A DNA stretch of 60,116 nucleotides, counting the filler. It is 4 parts of 4 records of this genome, joined end to end, with 100 filler letters (N's around TTAATTAATTAA, not from the genome) between each part and the next. Parts side by side here need not be neighbours in the genome. Positions count along the whole stretch, not along the records: positions 14,261 to 32,881 come from SRR31156797_13140; 3 more parts are not named here. The stretch is one strand, 5' to 3'. This document shows positions 17,284 to 27,773 of the stretch, one piece after another. Below the pieces are notes generated by a model. That model had not been told where the DNA came from, ran no database searches, and worked only from the letters and a program-made list of their open reading frames with translations. How positions within the stretch are numbered: position 1 is the stretch's first letter; every line of letters starts with the position of its first letter. The translations under genes and the position numbers were made by a program.

Positions 17284-18633
17284 ATGAGATGTGCTGACCC
17301 AGCCTGGACCATTGAAAAAGATGCATCCTCCACACCGTTGCTGTCACAGGAATGGGAACGGGTGGAGATGATCTGCCGTTGTCTGGCTGAAATCCGCAAG
17401 GGCAAACTGCCCGACCAAGAGATGAAAAAACAGCTGCACAGGTACCAGCACAAAGTTGCCGAACTTCGCAACAGTCCGAATTGGAAACAATTTACCGGTA
17501 AATATGCGCTTTCAAATATTGATCTGGATATCTGCATGTTTGCAGCAGCCCCCCAGTTTAATCCCCAGGTGGGCTGGCTGATGCACAATCTTCAGCCCAG
17601 CATCAATGCCACAGCCCCCTGCGGCGCGTTAATTGCCGAACTGCTCTTTTTGAACACCCAGGAAATTCCTTTGCTGCGCAAACAGCTAGACCGCAATTCT
17701 ACACTCTTCACCCAGGGGATTGTGCAATGTGAAAAAGATGATTTTTACGCGCCCATAAAGCCCACCAGTGCGTTTCTCTCTTTTTTGCAAAGCCGGGGTC
17801 AAACAAAGATGATCCCTCAAATTGCCGGGGCAACCCACATTCAGCAAGCGGGCACACTGGATGACCTGGTGATCAGCAAACGCTGCCGCAGGGTCCTGGA
17901 TGAGTTCCTCCATTTTGTCCGCCACGGCCACTGGGTCCAGGAACAGTGGGGGGCGTCCGTGTTCGGCGGTCCGGTGGCACTTTTCAGCGGCCCCTCGGGC
18001 ACCGGGAAAACCTTTGCGGCTGCCGTGATCGCCAACGAGCTTGATTTTCCATGTTTCCGGGTTGATCTGGGCATGCTGGTCAGTAAATATATCGGTGAGA
18101 CCGAAAAAAATCTCAGTGCGCTTTTCGAGGCTGCCGGCGGTCACCAGGCCGTACTGCTTTTTGACGAAGCCGACAGCCTGTTCGGCAAACGTGGTGAAGT
18201 CCGGGATGCCCGGGACCGTTACGCCAATATGGAAGTCAGCCATCTGCTGAGCCGGATGGAAACCCATCATGGCCCCTGCATTCTCACCACCAACCTGCGG
18301 CGGCATCTGGATCCTGCCTTTGCCCGGCGTTTTCAGATGAGTGCGGAGTTTGTACGCCCGGATGCCCATGCACGCCTTGAGCTTTGGAAAAAGCTGCTGC
18401 CCCCCAAAGCCCCCATGGCAAAAGAGGTGGACATGGTCAAGCTTAGCCAAACTTTATCGTTAACCGGTGCCCAGATTCGCAACATCATCCTGCATGCCGC
18501 CTGTTGTGCCGCAGGCGGCAAGACCCCGATTGACAACCGCCATTTGGCCCGTGCCGCTTATGTGGAAATGCGTAAAGAAGGAAAAGAGGTGGTTTTATCC
18601 AGCCTGGGCGAACTCAAGGCGTTTCTCCAATGA
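17284..18633 (+). CDS. eCIS AAA+ ATPase (Afp15/Pvc15)
   Basis: Walker A GPSGTGKT, VSKYIGETEKNL, Walker B LLFDEADSLFGKR, DRYAN, LDPAFARRF. Confidence 0.95.
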   Translation: MRCADPAWTIEKDASSTPLLSQEWERVEMICRCLAEIRKGKLPDQEMKKQLHRYQHKVAELRNSPNWKQFTGKYALSNIDLDICMFAAAPQFNPQVGWLMHNLQPSINATAPCGALIAELLFLNTQEIPLLRKQLDRNSTLFTQGIVQCEKDDFYAPIKPTSAFLSFLQSRGQTKMIPQIAGATHIQQAGTLDDLVISKRCRRVLDEFLHFVRHGHWVQEQWGASVFGGPVALFSGPSGTGKTFAAAVIANELDFPCFRVDLGMLVSKYIGETEKNLSALFEAAGGHQAVLLFDEADSLFGKRGEVRDARDRYANMEVSHLLSRMETHHGPCILTTNLRRHLDPAFARRFQMSAEFVRPDAHARLELWKKLLPPKAPMAKEVDMVKLSQTLSLTGAQIRNIILHAACCAAGGKTPIDNRHLARAAYVEMRKEGKEVVLSSLGELKAFLQ

Positions 18634-18875
18634 TCCGGATTAACGATCTGGTCATTGAGCTACCGGCCCAGCTGGGGCATAAGGCAGATCGTATTGCCAG
18701 ACTCGTGCGGGAAAAAAGCGCAGGTTTGCAGATTAATTGCCGGGAAACAAACTTTCCGGGAACAATGGACACCATGGCGCTTGGGGATATCGAAATTAAA
18801 ATGCCGGCAACTGATAACGCGATTGCAAAACAAATTGTTTTACGCATCGAACAGTCACTGAAAAAACGAGGTTGA
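18630..18875 (+). CDS. Small eCIS-associated hypothetical protein
   Basis: 81 aa, ATGA overlap with the ATPase; IRINDLVIELP start. Confidence 0.6.
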   Translation: MIRINDLVIELPAQLGHKADRIARLVREKSAGLQINCRETNFPGTMDTMALGDIEIKMPATDNAIAKQIVLRIEQSLKKRG

Positions 18876-18876
18876 T

Positions 18877-19485
18877 ATGCTGACCAAGGGAGCCTTGATC
18901 GAATACTCAAAGGACACCATGCCTTTGCTGCTGGGGTTTGAATTCAATCCCAGAAACATTACCTTCAACCGCAGCACCAGCTGGACATCAAAAGAGACAC
19001 AATCATTAAATAAAGATCCGGATAAAACCGGCAGCCTGGAGATGGTTTCCGACGGTATCACATTTTCTCTTGAATTTTTGCTGGATGCAACGGACCGGAT
19101 GAATGATGATACAGGCCTGGCCGCTGCATTTGGGGTACAGCCACAGATTGATGTCATTGAACGTATGGCCACCCTGCAACCATCCAAATCCGAAGGGGTC
19201 CTAAAACTTTGGGTTGTGTTAAAAAAAAACGAGCATACCACGCATAAAAAATTGCCCACCCTTTTGTTTTTGTGGGGCATGCGTATAATTCCGTGCCAGA
19301 TGACCAGTTGCAGCGTGAACAATGAGGCATTTCTTCCAACACTGATTCCCTACCGTGCAAGGGTTGACCTAACACTCAAGGTCATGGAAGACCATGCCCT
19401 TTATGCCGCGGAGCAAGTGCGGCAGCTGGCCATGATCGCAGCACATCATCTTGATCCCGGAACGCAAATACTGAGCACCATCTGA
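18877..19485 (+). CDS. CIS tube-initiator protein (Afp7 N-terminal-like)
   Basis: FEFNPRNIT, LLDATD, LFLWG, PYRARVDLTL. Confidence 0.8.
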   Translation: MLTKGALIEYSKDTMPLLLGFEFNPRNITFNRSTSWTSKETQSLNKDPDKTGSLEMVSDGITFSLEFLLDATDRMNDDTGLAAAFGVQPQIDVIERMATLQPSKSEGVLKLWVVLKKNEHTTHKKLPTLLFLWGMRIIPCQMTSCSVNNEAFLPTLIPYRARVDLTLKVMEDHALYAAEQVRQLAMIAAHHLDPGTQILSTI

Positions 19486-19498
19486 TGGGAGTTTACCA

Positions 19499-19783
19499 AT
19501 GATCTTTAAAACCTCCAGATATCAAAAACTTTGTGACAATACAGAAAATATGCGGCTGCCCCACCGCCCCATAGAGACCTTGGACGGGCTGCTCGAACAT
19601 ACCGTGACAGGCGGTCAGCGCCTGGATCAGATTGCAGCCTACTATTATAATGACCCTTCGGCCTTTTGGCGTATCCTGGATGCCAATCCGGATATACGTT
19701 CCGCAGCTGATTTCTGTATGGGTGACTATGCCGGTCAAACCATTGTGATTCCGGGGATAGACCCGAACAAGTTAAAGGGTTAA
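19499..19783 (+). CDS. LysM-like protein (Afp7 C-terminal half)
   Basis: HTVTGGQRLDQIAAYYYNDPSAFWRILDANP...GQTIVIP. Confidence 0.85.
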   Translation: MIFKTSRYQKLCDNTENMRLPHRPIETLDGLLEHTVTGGQRLDQIAAYYYNDPSAFWRILDANPDIRSAADFCMGDYAGQTIVIPGIDPNKLKG

Positions 19784-19790
19784 CCACGCC

Positions 19791-20858
19791 ATGCTTGAAC
19801 CATCCCAAGCCTATGCCGCAGCGCCGAACTGCATTGTCGCCATTGACGGAACGCCCATTGACGATCTGGCCGATGCCTTGATCTTTGCTGAAACCAGCAT
19901 TCACCGCAACAGACCGGCCATGGCCCGTCTGGCCTTCAGCACAACCCGTTCGGAGGATGACGGCAACTGGCAGGTTATTGACTCTGAGTTGCTGCGCCCC
20001 TGGAAGGCCCTGGATATTACAGCGATTCTGGATGGCGAGGAAACGGTGCTGTTTTCAGGGTACATTGTCCAAATCGAGATCGAATTCATCAATCAAGCCC
20101 CCCATGTTATGGTGATCGGCCAGGATAAGACCATCCTGCTGGACCGGGAACATAAAACACGGGTGTGGGGGGATGCAAACCAGCCGGTAACCGATGAAGA
20201 TGTGGTAAACGCAATTGTGGCCGAATACGGGCTGTCTGCCCAGGCCCATACCGGCGGCAGCCATTGCGGATTAAACCAGGATGAAACCGATGTCCGCCTG
20301 ATGCATCGCCTGGCCCGGGCCAATGGATTTGAACTGGCCCTTTGTGAAGACTGTTTCTATTTTGGCCCCCCCCGCCTGGATGCTGAAAATAAAAATCCCA
20401 TTTTAATCTATTGCGGCGAACAGACCAATTGTTCGGCGTTCAAGCTGCTGGATGACGGCTACAAGCCCGATGCCGTCCAGGTTGATGTCTACCATGACCG
20501 GGATTATGAACGACAGGTTTTAAATCCCGAGCAGGAAAGGCTTGGCACGGAGCCGTGCGATCAGACATCCTGCGCCTTGGGGCCGTTTGTGTGGAAGGCT
20601 CAGGTACATGGACTGCCGGCAGCCCAGGGCCTGGCCGAAGCCAAAGCCCGGGTGGAGGAACATGCATGGAAAATCAGGGCAACCGGCTCCTTGGACGGCC
20701 TGGCTTACGGCGCGGTGCTAAGTCCTGGAAAAACTGTTATGGTCCAGGGTATCGGTCAAACGCACACCGGCAGGTATTACGTGGAAGAAGTGACGCATAA
20801 GATCAGTACACAAGGATATCAGCAGGACTTTGTCCTCTTGCGCAATGCGCGCAAATGA
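19791..20858 (+). CDS. Spike hub protein (phage late control D / gp27-like half of VgrG/Afp8)
   Basis: LFSGYI, QDETDVRLMHRLARANGF, VQGIGQTHTGRYYVEEVTHKI...YQQDFVL. Confidence 0.88.
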   Translation: MLEPSQAYAAAPNCIVAIDGTPIDDLADALIFAETSIHRNRPAMARLAFSTTRSEDDGNWQVIDSELLRPWKALDITAILDGEETVLFSGYIVQIEIEFINQAPHVMVIGQDKTILLDREHKTRVWGDANQPVTDEDVVNAIVAEYGLSAQAHTGGSHCGLNQDETDVRLMHRLARANGFELALCEDCFYFGPPRLDAENKNPILIYCGEQTNCSAFKLLDDGYKPDAVQVDVYHDRDYERQVLNPEQERLGTEPCDQTSCALGPFVWKAQVHGLPAAQGLAEAKARVEEHAWKIRATGSLDGLAYGAVLSPGKTVMVQGIGQTHTGRYYVEEVTHKISTQGYQQDFVLLRNARK

Positions 20859-20919
20859 GCTTAAAACTCGATAATCGAATACAAAGACACCGGGCATCAT
20901 ATAGAGGAACAACACGTTC

Positions 20920-21735
20920 ATGGATCAGTTGCTGGAAAAGTTATATCAACAGCTTAGCTCAAAAAAATACGGCAAGTACCGGGCCACGGTCGTTGACCGT
21001 GATGATCCCGAGGGCAAGGGACGGTTGCGCCTGCTGATTCCGGCGGTGCTCGGCGACCAGGAGAGCGACTGGGCCCTGCCCTGTTTTTCCAACGGCGGCA
21101 GCAGTGATGTGGGATCAATCACGATTCCCGAACTCGATGCCCATGTCTGGGTCGAATTTGAGGCAGGCGACCCGAGCCTGCCTATCTGGACGGGTACTTT
21201 TTTCGGCCGGGACGATAATCTTCCCGACGAGGCGCAAATAAGCCCGCCGGATGCCCGTGTGGTAAAGACCCCCAAAGGCTCTGTCTTTGCCATAAGCGAT
21301 CAGGGCGATGCCGAATCAATCCTGCTCAAACACTATGCCGGTCAACAGCTCAACATGGATGCCGGGGGCAATGTGACCATTGAAAACACCCGGGGGGAAA
21401 CCATAAATCTTGATGCTGAAAACCAACGGCTCACATGTGAAGACAGACAGGGAAATGCCATTGAGCTGGATAGTTCGGGGATTACCATTAAGGAAACAGG
21501 GGGCGCCGAAATCACCCTAAAAGACGGTGCCGTCATAATCGAAGGCGCCCAGGAAGTTACGCTTGACGCCATGGCCGTCAATTTAGGCGGCAGCGGCGGA
21601 GAGGGAGTGATCAAAGGGCAGAGTTTTATGAATATATATGCGACGCACACCCATGCAACATCCATGGGGCCATCGGGACCACCAATTCCCATGGGCGAGT
21701 TCGCCACCATCTCCTTTAAAGTGAAAAGCACCTAG
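20920..21735 (+). CDS. Spike protein (baseplate assembly V / gp5 OB-fold + beta-helix) with HxH apex
   Basis: YGKYRATVVDRDDPEGKGRL, WALP, VWVEFEAGDPSLPIWTG; C-terminal THTHAT. Confidence 0.92.
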   Translation: MDQLLEKLYQQLSSKKYGKYRATVVDRDDPEGKGRLRLLIPAVLGDQESDWALPCFSNGGSSDVGSITIPELDAHVWVEFEAGDPSLPIWTGTFFGRDDNLPDEAQISPPDARVVKTPKGSVFAISDQGDAESILLKHYAGQQLNMDAGGNVTIENTRGETINLDAENQRLTCEDRQGNAIELDSSGITIKETGGAEITLKDGAVIIEGAQEVTLDAMAVNLGGSGGEGVIKGQSFMNIYATHTHATSMGPSGPPIPMGEFATISFKVKST

Positions 21736-21744
21736 GGGTAAGCC

Positions 21745-23361
21745 ATGAAGATACGGCAAAATAACGAATTTTTAAAATTTCCCATGGCCGTGGCGGCAGA
21801 CGGCCTGCAGGTCGCTTCGCGTACCGAGCATATCCGGGATCAAATCGAACAACTCCTTTTTACGGGCAACAATGAACGGGTGCTTCGCCCTGAATATGGG
21901 GCAGGGGCTAAAAAACTGGTGTTCGAGCCGGTGAATTCTTATCTTTGCCGGATTACCCAGAAGCGTATTCAAGTCGGCCTTATGGAATTGCTCCAGGGCG
22001 AGGCCGCCCCGGAGTCGATTTCGGTTGAGGTCACGGCCGAAAACGAAAAACTGTTCATTGATATCAGTTACACCCTGGCGGCCATTGATTTAGAACAAAA
22101 TCACACCTTCCCGGTCCAATGGTCCGATACCATGTCCTCGCCAGACATGGTTGCCAAACAATGGGATTTTTCAAAAAAAGAAGAGACCCGGGCTTGTACC
22201 CCGAACCTGAAGCTTGATTTTGTCCAGGACGAGGCAGGCAACTGGTCGGCCCAGCGCCGGGTGGAGAACCTGCCCGAAGAACTGCCCGATTGTCCGGACG
22301 ACTTTGACTGGAAACAGCGGGACTGGGACAGCTTTCGTTTTGCCATGCTCTCTGACTTGAAACGCGCGTTTCCCCAACGTACGGACTGGTCGGTTTCGGA
22401 TCTGGAAACCGTACTTGTGGAAATTTTGGGGTTCGGGCTGGACATGCTTTCGGATAAAGCGGATCGCATCATGAACGAATCCTTTCTGGAAACCGCCTGC
22501 GATGCGGACCGTATCAAATTGTTTACCGATTTTATCGGATACAATCCATACACGAGACTTTCCCCCGAAATTTCGGATGTGTCCGATTACTGGCGCAGCA
22601 CCCCCCATGAGATGAACCTGGCCCGACGTTACGCGCCCATGGAAATTATCAGCCAGGAGCGCATGGTGACCCCGGATGATTATGCCCAATGCCTCACCCG
22701 CCATCCCCTGGTCGAGCAGTGCCTGGTTTCTTTGTCCTGGGACGGATCAACCCAGGTGATGACCACGGCCTTTATTCTTCCCGGCGGGCTCAAGCTTGAT
22801 ACGGTTCTGGACGGGCACCAAATCACCGATGATTTAAAACGTTCCATTGCGGCATTTCACAAGGCCCTTGATTTTTCAGTGCAGCGCAGCGGGATATGCT
22901 GGATGCCGGATCTGACCGACGGCGTTACGCCGCGCATGCTGCTGGAACGCTATGTCAACCTGTATCGCATGGCAGGACAAACAGTCAGGCTCATGGATGC
23001 CCGGCAAGTGGGAATTGATATCACGCTGCATGTGACCATTCAGCCCAATTTTTACTGCTCGGAGGTGATGTACGAAGTCAAGCGCATCATGAATGATGAA
23101 CCCGGGGGATTTTTTGAACCCGGCCGCCTGGGCTTTGGTGAAGACGTGACCATCGGTGATATTATGGAGTGGGTCATGTCCGTTGACGGTGTGGCCAATG
23201 TCCGGGCCGATCAATTAAAACGCAGCGGCAACTGGCCGGATGTCACCGCCGGCGGTGTTATTGCCCTTAAAAATAATGAGTATGCCGTGATCCGAAATTC
23301 CCTGGGTATCCCCCCTGTCGGCAAATTTGTCCTCACATTTTTGGGAGGTATTAAAGGATGA
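21745..23361 (+). CDS. gp25/GPW (Afp9) sheath initiator fused to a baseplate-J-like domain
   Basis: N-terminal HIRDQIEQLLFTGNNERVLRPEYGAG (gp25), then RDWDSFRFAML, QERMVTPDDY, FFEPGRLGFGEDV (baseplate J). Confidence 0.82.
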   Translation: MKIRQNNEFLKFPMAVAADGLQVASRTEHIRDQIEQLLFTGNNERVLRPEYGAGAKKLVFEPVNSYLCRITQKRIQVGLMELLQGEAAPESISVEVTAENEKLFIDISYTLAAIDLEQNHTFPVQWSDTMSSPDMVAKQWDFSKKEETRACTPNLKLDFVQDEAGNWSAQRRVENLPEELPDCPDDFDWKQRDWDSFRFAMLSDLKRAFPQRTDWSVSDLETVLVEILGFGLDMLSDKADRIMNESFLETACDADRIKLFTDFIGYNPYTRLSPEISDVSDYWRSTPHEMNLARRYAPMEIISQERMVTPDDYAQCLTRHPLVEQCLVSLSWDGSTQVMTTAFILPGGLKLDTVLDGHQITDDLKRSIAAFHKALDFSVQRSGICWMPDLTDGVTPRMLLERYVNLYRMAGQTVRLMDARQVGIDITLHVTIQPNFYCSEVMYEVKRIMNDEPGGFFEPGRLGFGEDVTIGDIMEWVMSVDGVANVRADQLKRSGNWPDVTAGGVIALKNNEYAVIRNSLGIPPVGKFVLTFLGGIKG

Positions 23362-26189
23362 AACCGATTACTCGCTGGAATCGTGCCGGGCTGTCGCGCT
23401 TTCGTTATATTGATGGGAATGCCCCCAGCTTTTTTGCCGAAATGGTCGCTCAATACCGCACGCGGCTTCTGGACCAACAACCGCCGGTATTGAGCAAAAA
23501 AAACGCCCCATTACAGGCGTCACGACTTTACGGCAACCAGAGCAGGGAATGGGGGGCACAAATACTTCGCAGTTTTGCGCGCAGCAGCCACGTGCTCACC
23601 GAGCATATCAACGATTTTGCAAACGAGATGACCGTCCCCACCGCTGCCCGGTGGGAATCCCTGCGCAAGTTAGCCAATATGGTAAATTATCTGCCCGCAC
23701 CACCGGCATCTGCGGCAACCTACCTGGCGCTTACGGTTAAAGCGGGTAAAAAAGGCACGGTCGGGCACGGCCTGCAGATCAAACAAAAACCCGGCAGCAA
23801 CGAACAACTGTTATTTGAAACCATAGCCGACCTGCGGGTGAATGCCTGTCTCAATCAATTCTTTGCCAAAAACTATAATGTCTGTCCGGCGATTCTTAAA
23901 GGATCTGAAATAGAGCTGGAGGGCCGTCTGGAGGATTTAAAAACATCCAGACCGATTTTGATTGCGGATGAAGAAAACGGCAAAAGCCATGCCGCAGTCC
24001 TTCAATCCATTCTGCCCAAAAAAAATACAACGGTGTTAAAAATTCACCCGGCCCTGCCTGCAGGCACGGGTATTCGTAAAGGGCGGGCCATCATCTATTG
24101 CAATCCCGAAGTGGCCGCGCCGCTGACAGGTCCCGCATCCGGACAAGTGAGCCTGAAACAGGCGTTCATGCTCAGGGAAAAGCCGGATCTGGTCCGGGGG
24201 GATATTATTGTTATATCCGATGGTTCACGTACCCGCTTTGCCAAGGTACGCAAGGTTGATGGTCATAATGTGGTGGTTCACGCAGATACATCCACCGGCG
24301 GGCCACAATGGCTGGGCAGTTTTGACAGCCCCAGGACCTATGTAAGCAAAGCCCTTGAAATTTCCATTTCCGGTATTTGGGAACGGGCCGGTAAAATTTC
24401 GACCTTGATGGTTCCCGGGGACTGGACATGGCTGGCCGGCAGTGACGTGGCCGATGTAAAGTGGCTGGGCCAGGGCAAAAAGTTTAAACTTGCCCAGGGG
24501 GCTCAGGTGCTAAGCGTTGATTATCAACCACCGGGCAAAGCCTCCCTCAAAAAATATAATGAAGGATATTCCTATGTGCGCATCTCCCATGCAAATATGC
24601 CCGGCGACTTTTTAAACCCCCAGAGAATTGTTGTTGTGCCCCGTGTGAAAACCTGGAAGCTGGACAGATTTTTGGATCAGCTCACCAATATCAACGGCGT
24701 TGAACAATTTGAATGCATGCCTGAAGATAAAATTGTAAGCAATGCCTACGGGGTCATTCGCCGGAAGAATCAACTCTGCTGGGGCAGGCTCCTTCAGCTC
24801 AGACGTTTTGATGGGGTGTTAAAGGGTTTGGTTGAATCGCCCCAGGCCTGGGGCGGGGGATTGTACTATCTGGCACAGACCAGGCTTTATACCGCCTTTA
24901 AAAAACAGCTGCGCTGTCACGGGTGGCAGCGCAATGAAACGGTGGTGGCGCCGGAATGCATTGTGCCCCATGATCCCGGTGTTTTGGATGCCTTGTCTTT
25001 GAACAGGCGTATTTTTGTGACGAGCAACTCGGCTGTCCATACGGCCAGAGTCTCAGGGATAGACCGCAAGTCAGGATGTTTCAGCCTGACGGTTTCAGGA
25101 CTGTCGCCCGGGGAGGCATTGTTAAGCTTTTCCACATCCTTTGCCGGGAATGTCTGCAAAGTTTTTCATGGCAAACAGGCCCCATCAAAAATTGTCTCCT
25201 CGGGGGATCAATGTGTGCCGTGGTTCACCATTGCCCTTGATGTAACCGATATTTCATATATCCCAAACAGCAGTTTTTCAACAGGTGTTGCGGCTGATAT
25301 TGAGGTGATCATCCATGGTGAGACCTGGCAGCAGGTGGAGCAGCTAACAGATTCCCGGGAAGCCGATCGCCACTATGTGGCCCAGTTGCAGGCCGACGGC
25401 TCCCTGCGCTTGTCTTTTGGCGACGGCATTAAGGGGAAAATGATTCCACCGGGTGTGGACAATATTCAAATTTGCTTTCGAAGGGGCAATGGGTTATCAG
25501 GAAACTGTGAAGCCCATACCCTGGAAAAATTATCAGCCCCCCATCCGCTCATAGAATCCGTGCACCAGCCATTCCCAGCGTTTGGCGGGAACAGCCGTGA
25601 GCCCGAAGATTCGCTTAGGACCCATATTGCCGACAAACTTTTTGCCATGGACCGTGCGGTGAGCGTGGAGGATTTCACCCACCTGGCTTCCCTGCACAGT
25701 TCGGTGTGGCAGGCCGTTGCCCGGGAGGGCGGATACGCCTCAAGCAGGGCCAAGTTGATTGATGTGGTGGTTGTCCCGGCCGGCGGGACAGCCTTGCACA
25801 AAGACTTGAAAAAACAGTTGCGCCTCTTTCTGGAGAGCCGGGCCATTCCCGGTATTGTTGTGCGCGTGGAAGAATATGTCGAGTTAAATCCTTTCATTGA
25901 GGTAGAACTGTTTATCGACAGCTCACGTTTCGATCCAGATGGGGTAAAAAACACGGCCCGCACACGTCTGGAGGCCGATTACGGTCTCAAACAGGCTATT
26001 TTAGGACAATCCCTTGGCATTGGGGGATTCTATAAACGGCTCGAAGCCATAACGGGCGTAGAACACGCAAAGGTGACAATAAACGGCCGGCTTTTACAGT
26101 CTGAATTTGCCGTGGGCTTCAATGAGCTCGCCTGTCTTGACAGGCAGGGTAACAACTTGGAAATTCGCACAATGGAGTATAGCTTATGA
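23358..26189 (+). CDS. eCIS baseplate J-like protein (Afp11 type)
   Basis: TAARWESLRKLANMVNY, LSFGDGIKG, GGNSREP, DRAVSVEDF. Confidence 0.88.
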   Translation: MKPITRWNRAGLSRFRYIDGNAPSFFAEMVAQYRTRLLDQQPPVLSKKNAPLQASRLYGNQSREWGAQILRSFARSSHVLTEHINDFANEMTVPTAARWESLRKLANMVNYLPAPPASAATYLALTVKAGKKGTVGHGLQIKQKPGSNEQLLFETIADLRVNACLNQFFAKNYNVCPAILKGSEIELEGRLEDLKTSRPILIADEENGKSHAAVLQSILPKKNTTVLKIHPALPAGTGIRKGRAIIYCNPEVAAPLTGPASGQVSLKQAFMLREKPDLVRGDIIVISDGSRTRFAKVRKVDGHNVVVHADTSTGGPQWLGSFDSPRTYVSKALEISISGIWERAGKISTLMVPGDWTWLAGSDVADVKWLGQGKKFKLAQGAQVLSVDYQPPGKASLKKYNEGYSYVRISHANMPGDFLNPQRIVVVPRVKTWKLDRFLDQLTNINGVEQFECMPEDKIVSNAYGVIRRKNQLCWGRLLQLRRFDGVLKGLVESPQAWGGGLYYLAQTRLYTAFKKQLRCHGWQRNETVVAPECIVPHDPGVLDALSLNRRIFVTSNSAVHTARVSGIDRKSGCFSLTVSGLSPGEALLSFSTSFAGNVCKVFHGKQAPSKIVSSGDQCVPWFTIALDVTDISYIPNSSFSTGVAADIEVIIHGETWQQVEQLTDSREADRHYVAQLQADGSLRLSFGDGIKGKMIPPGVDNIQICFRRGNGLSGNCEAHTLEKLSAPHPLIESVHQPFPAFGGNSREPEDSLRTHIADKLFAMDRAVSVEDFTHLASLHSSVWQAVAREGGYASSRAKLIDVVVVPAGGTALHKDLKKQLRLFLESRAIPGIVVRVEEYVELNPFIEVELFIDSSRFDPDGVKNTARTRLEADYGLKQAILGQSLGIGGFYKRLEAITGVEHAKVTINGRLLQSEFAVGFNELACLDRQGNNLEIRTMEYSL

Positions 26190-27754
26190 GTGAGCCTGCA
26201 AACATGCCACCCAATCATTCCCGGTTCGGGCACCTGCTTTACCATGCGCTGCCCGATCATTACCGGGACAGTGACGACGGGACGTTGGCCCAGTATCTGG
26301 ACATCTGCGGCAGCCTTCTGGACCGGATCAATCACGCCCTTGATACCCTGCATGAAGATTTTCTTCCGGGCGGGGCCGATGCGATGGCCGGGGCACAGTC
26401 CTGGACAATCCCGTACACAGCCAAACTTTATGGTGCAAAACCGGTCTGCCCCGATGATGAAGGGCGCAGGCGGGAAGTGCAAAACAGCATTCGCTGGAAT
26501 AAGCAAAAAGGGACGCTGCGGTGCATAGAAGAGATTGTCGAGGCCCTGGGGGATGTGGAGTGCGTTATCTGTGAAGGACGAAACAAAACCATATCTTCGG
26601 TTCACATCGGGCAGCCGCGTCTGCCTGGGGCCTATTTCGGACAAAAAGAAAACGAAAATGCAGCAGCCCTGCATCCGGGCAACCCGGCAGCCACCCCGTT
26701 CATTGGCCGGACTATGGCACCGGAACTTGCAGAAATCATCAGCCCGGATGTTGAAAAATCGACCATTGCAGGCAAATCCGTGACCTGGCGCACGCCTAAG
26801 AACCATGGTGTCCCCCAAGCGGCCAACGCATTTTTTGACCGCTCATTGCGCAGCCTTGATTTTCGTAAAGCCTCCATCAGAGGCGGTCAGGCAAATCCCT
26901 CCCGCATTGTGCTGCACCTTCCCCCGTTTACAGGTTTTTTCCAACCCGGAATGGAACCGATGACATGGAATCCTGACTGGCGCACCAGTGGCCATGAAAG
27001 CCAACTGTTGTCCGTAACCCGTACTCCACAGGACCAGGCACGCGATGTGCTGGAGATCAGAGGGAACAGTAGCAAACCGGTTTATCTGAAAGGCCGGATA
27101 CTGATAAAAACCCTGGACGTGGTTCTGAAAAATGTGGTGCTGCAGGACAGTCTGGAGGTCCGGGGCGGTAACCTGACCATGTCCCGGTGTGCGGTGTCCA
27201 ACGTGGTGGTGACCAGCCGGCATGTGAAAGACCCCTGGTGTACGGTGAACGATTCCCTGGTGAACAGTTTGCAGCTTGCCCGGGGCACAATCCGCCTGGA
27301 ACACGTCACGCTGCTGGAAAAAATTATTTGCGATACACTGCTGGCAAGTGATTCAATTTTGACGGTATCCCATGTAAAACGCGGCGATGAAAAGAAAATT
27401 TCTCTTGATGGATATCTGCGTTATTCAATGGTCCCCAAGGGCTTTTTGGGGCAACCTAAAACCATGGAACTTCAATGGGATAGCGCAACGGTACGTGAAG
27501 AAAAGCCCCATTTTTTCACATCCGACTGGGGGACGCCGGGCTTTGGTGCCGTAGTGCGGGGATCTTCGAATTTTGCAGAATACGGCGCGGAAAACCAGGG
27601 GGCACTGGGGTGTTACAACCACATGTTCTTTTCCCGCAGATTTGCGGCCATGAAACGCAAGGTAAAGGATTTTCTGGCCTTCGGAATGACTGCGGCTGTG
27701 GTGGAGGACCCGCTTCTGTGGGATGAGGGGCTATTTGGACTTTCAAATGACTGA
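26186..27754 (+). CDS. eCIS baseplate wedge protein (P2 gpI/Afp12-like)
   Basis: LYHALPDHYRDSD, SWTIPY, RRREVQNSIRWNKQKGTL, YGAENQGALG. Confidence 0.82.
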   Translation: MSEPANMPPNHSRFGHLLYHALPDHYRDSDDGTLAQYLDICGSLLDRINHALDTLHEDFLPGGADAMAGAQSWTIPYTAKLYGAKPVCPDDEGRRREVQNSIRWNKQKGTLRCIEEIVEALGDVECVICEGRNKTISSVHIGQPRLPGAYFGQKENENAAALHPGNPAATPFIGRTMAPELAEIISPDVEKSTIAGKSVTWRTPKNHGVPQAANAFFDRSLRSLDFRKASIRGGQANPSRIVLHLPPFTGFFQPGMEPMTWNPDWRTSGHESQLLSVTRTPQDQARDVLEIRGNSSKPVYLKGRILIKTLDVVLKNVVLQDSLEVRGGNLTMSRCAVSNVVVTSRHVKDPWCTVNDSLVNSLQLARGTIRLEHVTLLEKIICDTLLASDSILTVSHVKRGDEKKISLDGYLRYSMVPKGFLGQPKTMELQWDSATVREEKPHFFTSDWGTPGFGAVVRGSSNFAEYGAENQGALGCYNHMFFSRRFAAMKRKVKDFLAFGMTAAVVEDPLLWDEGLFGLSND

Positions 27755-27773
27755 TTGAGATCATAAAAAGAGG

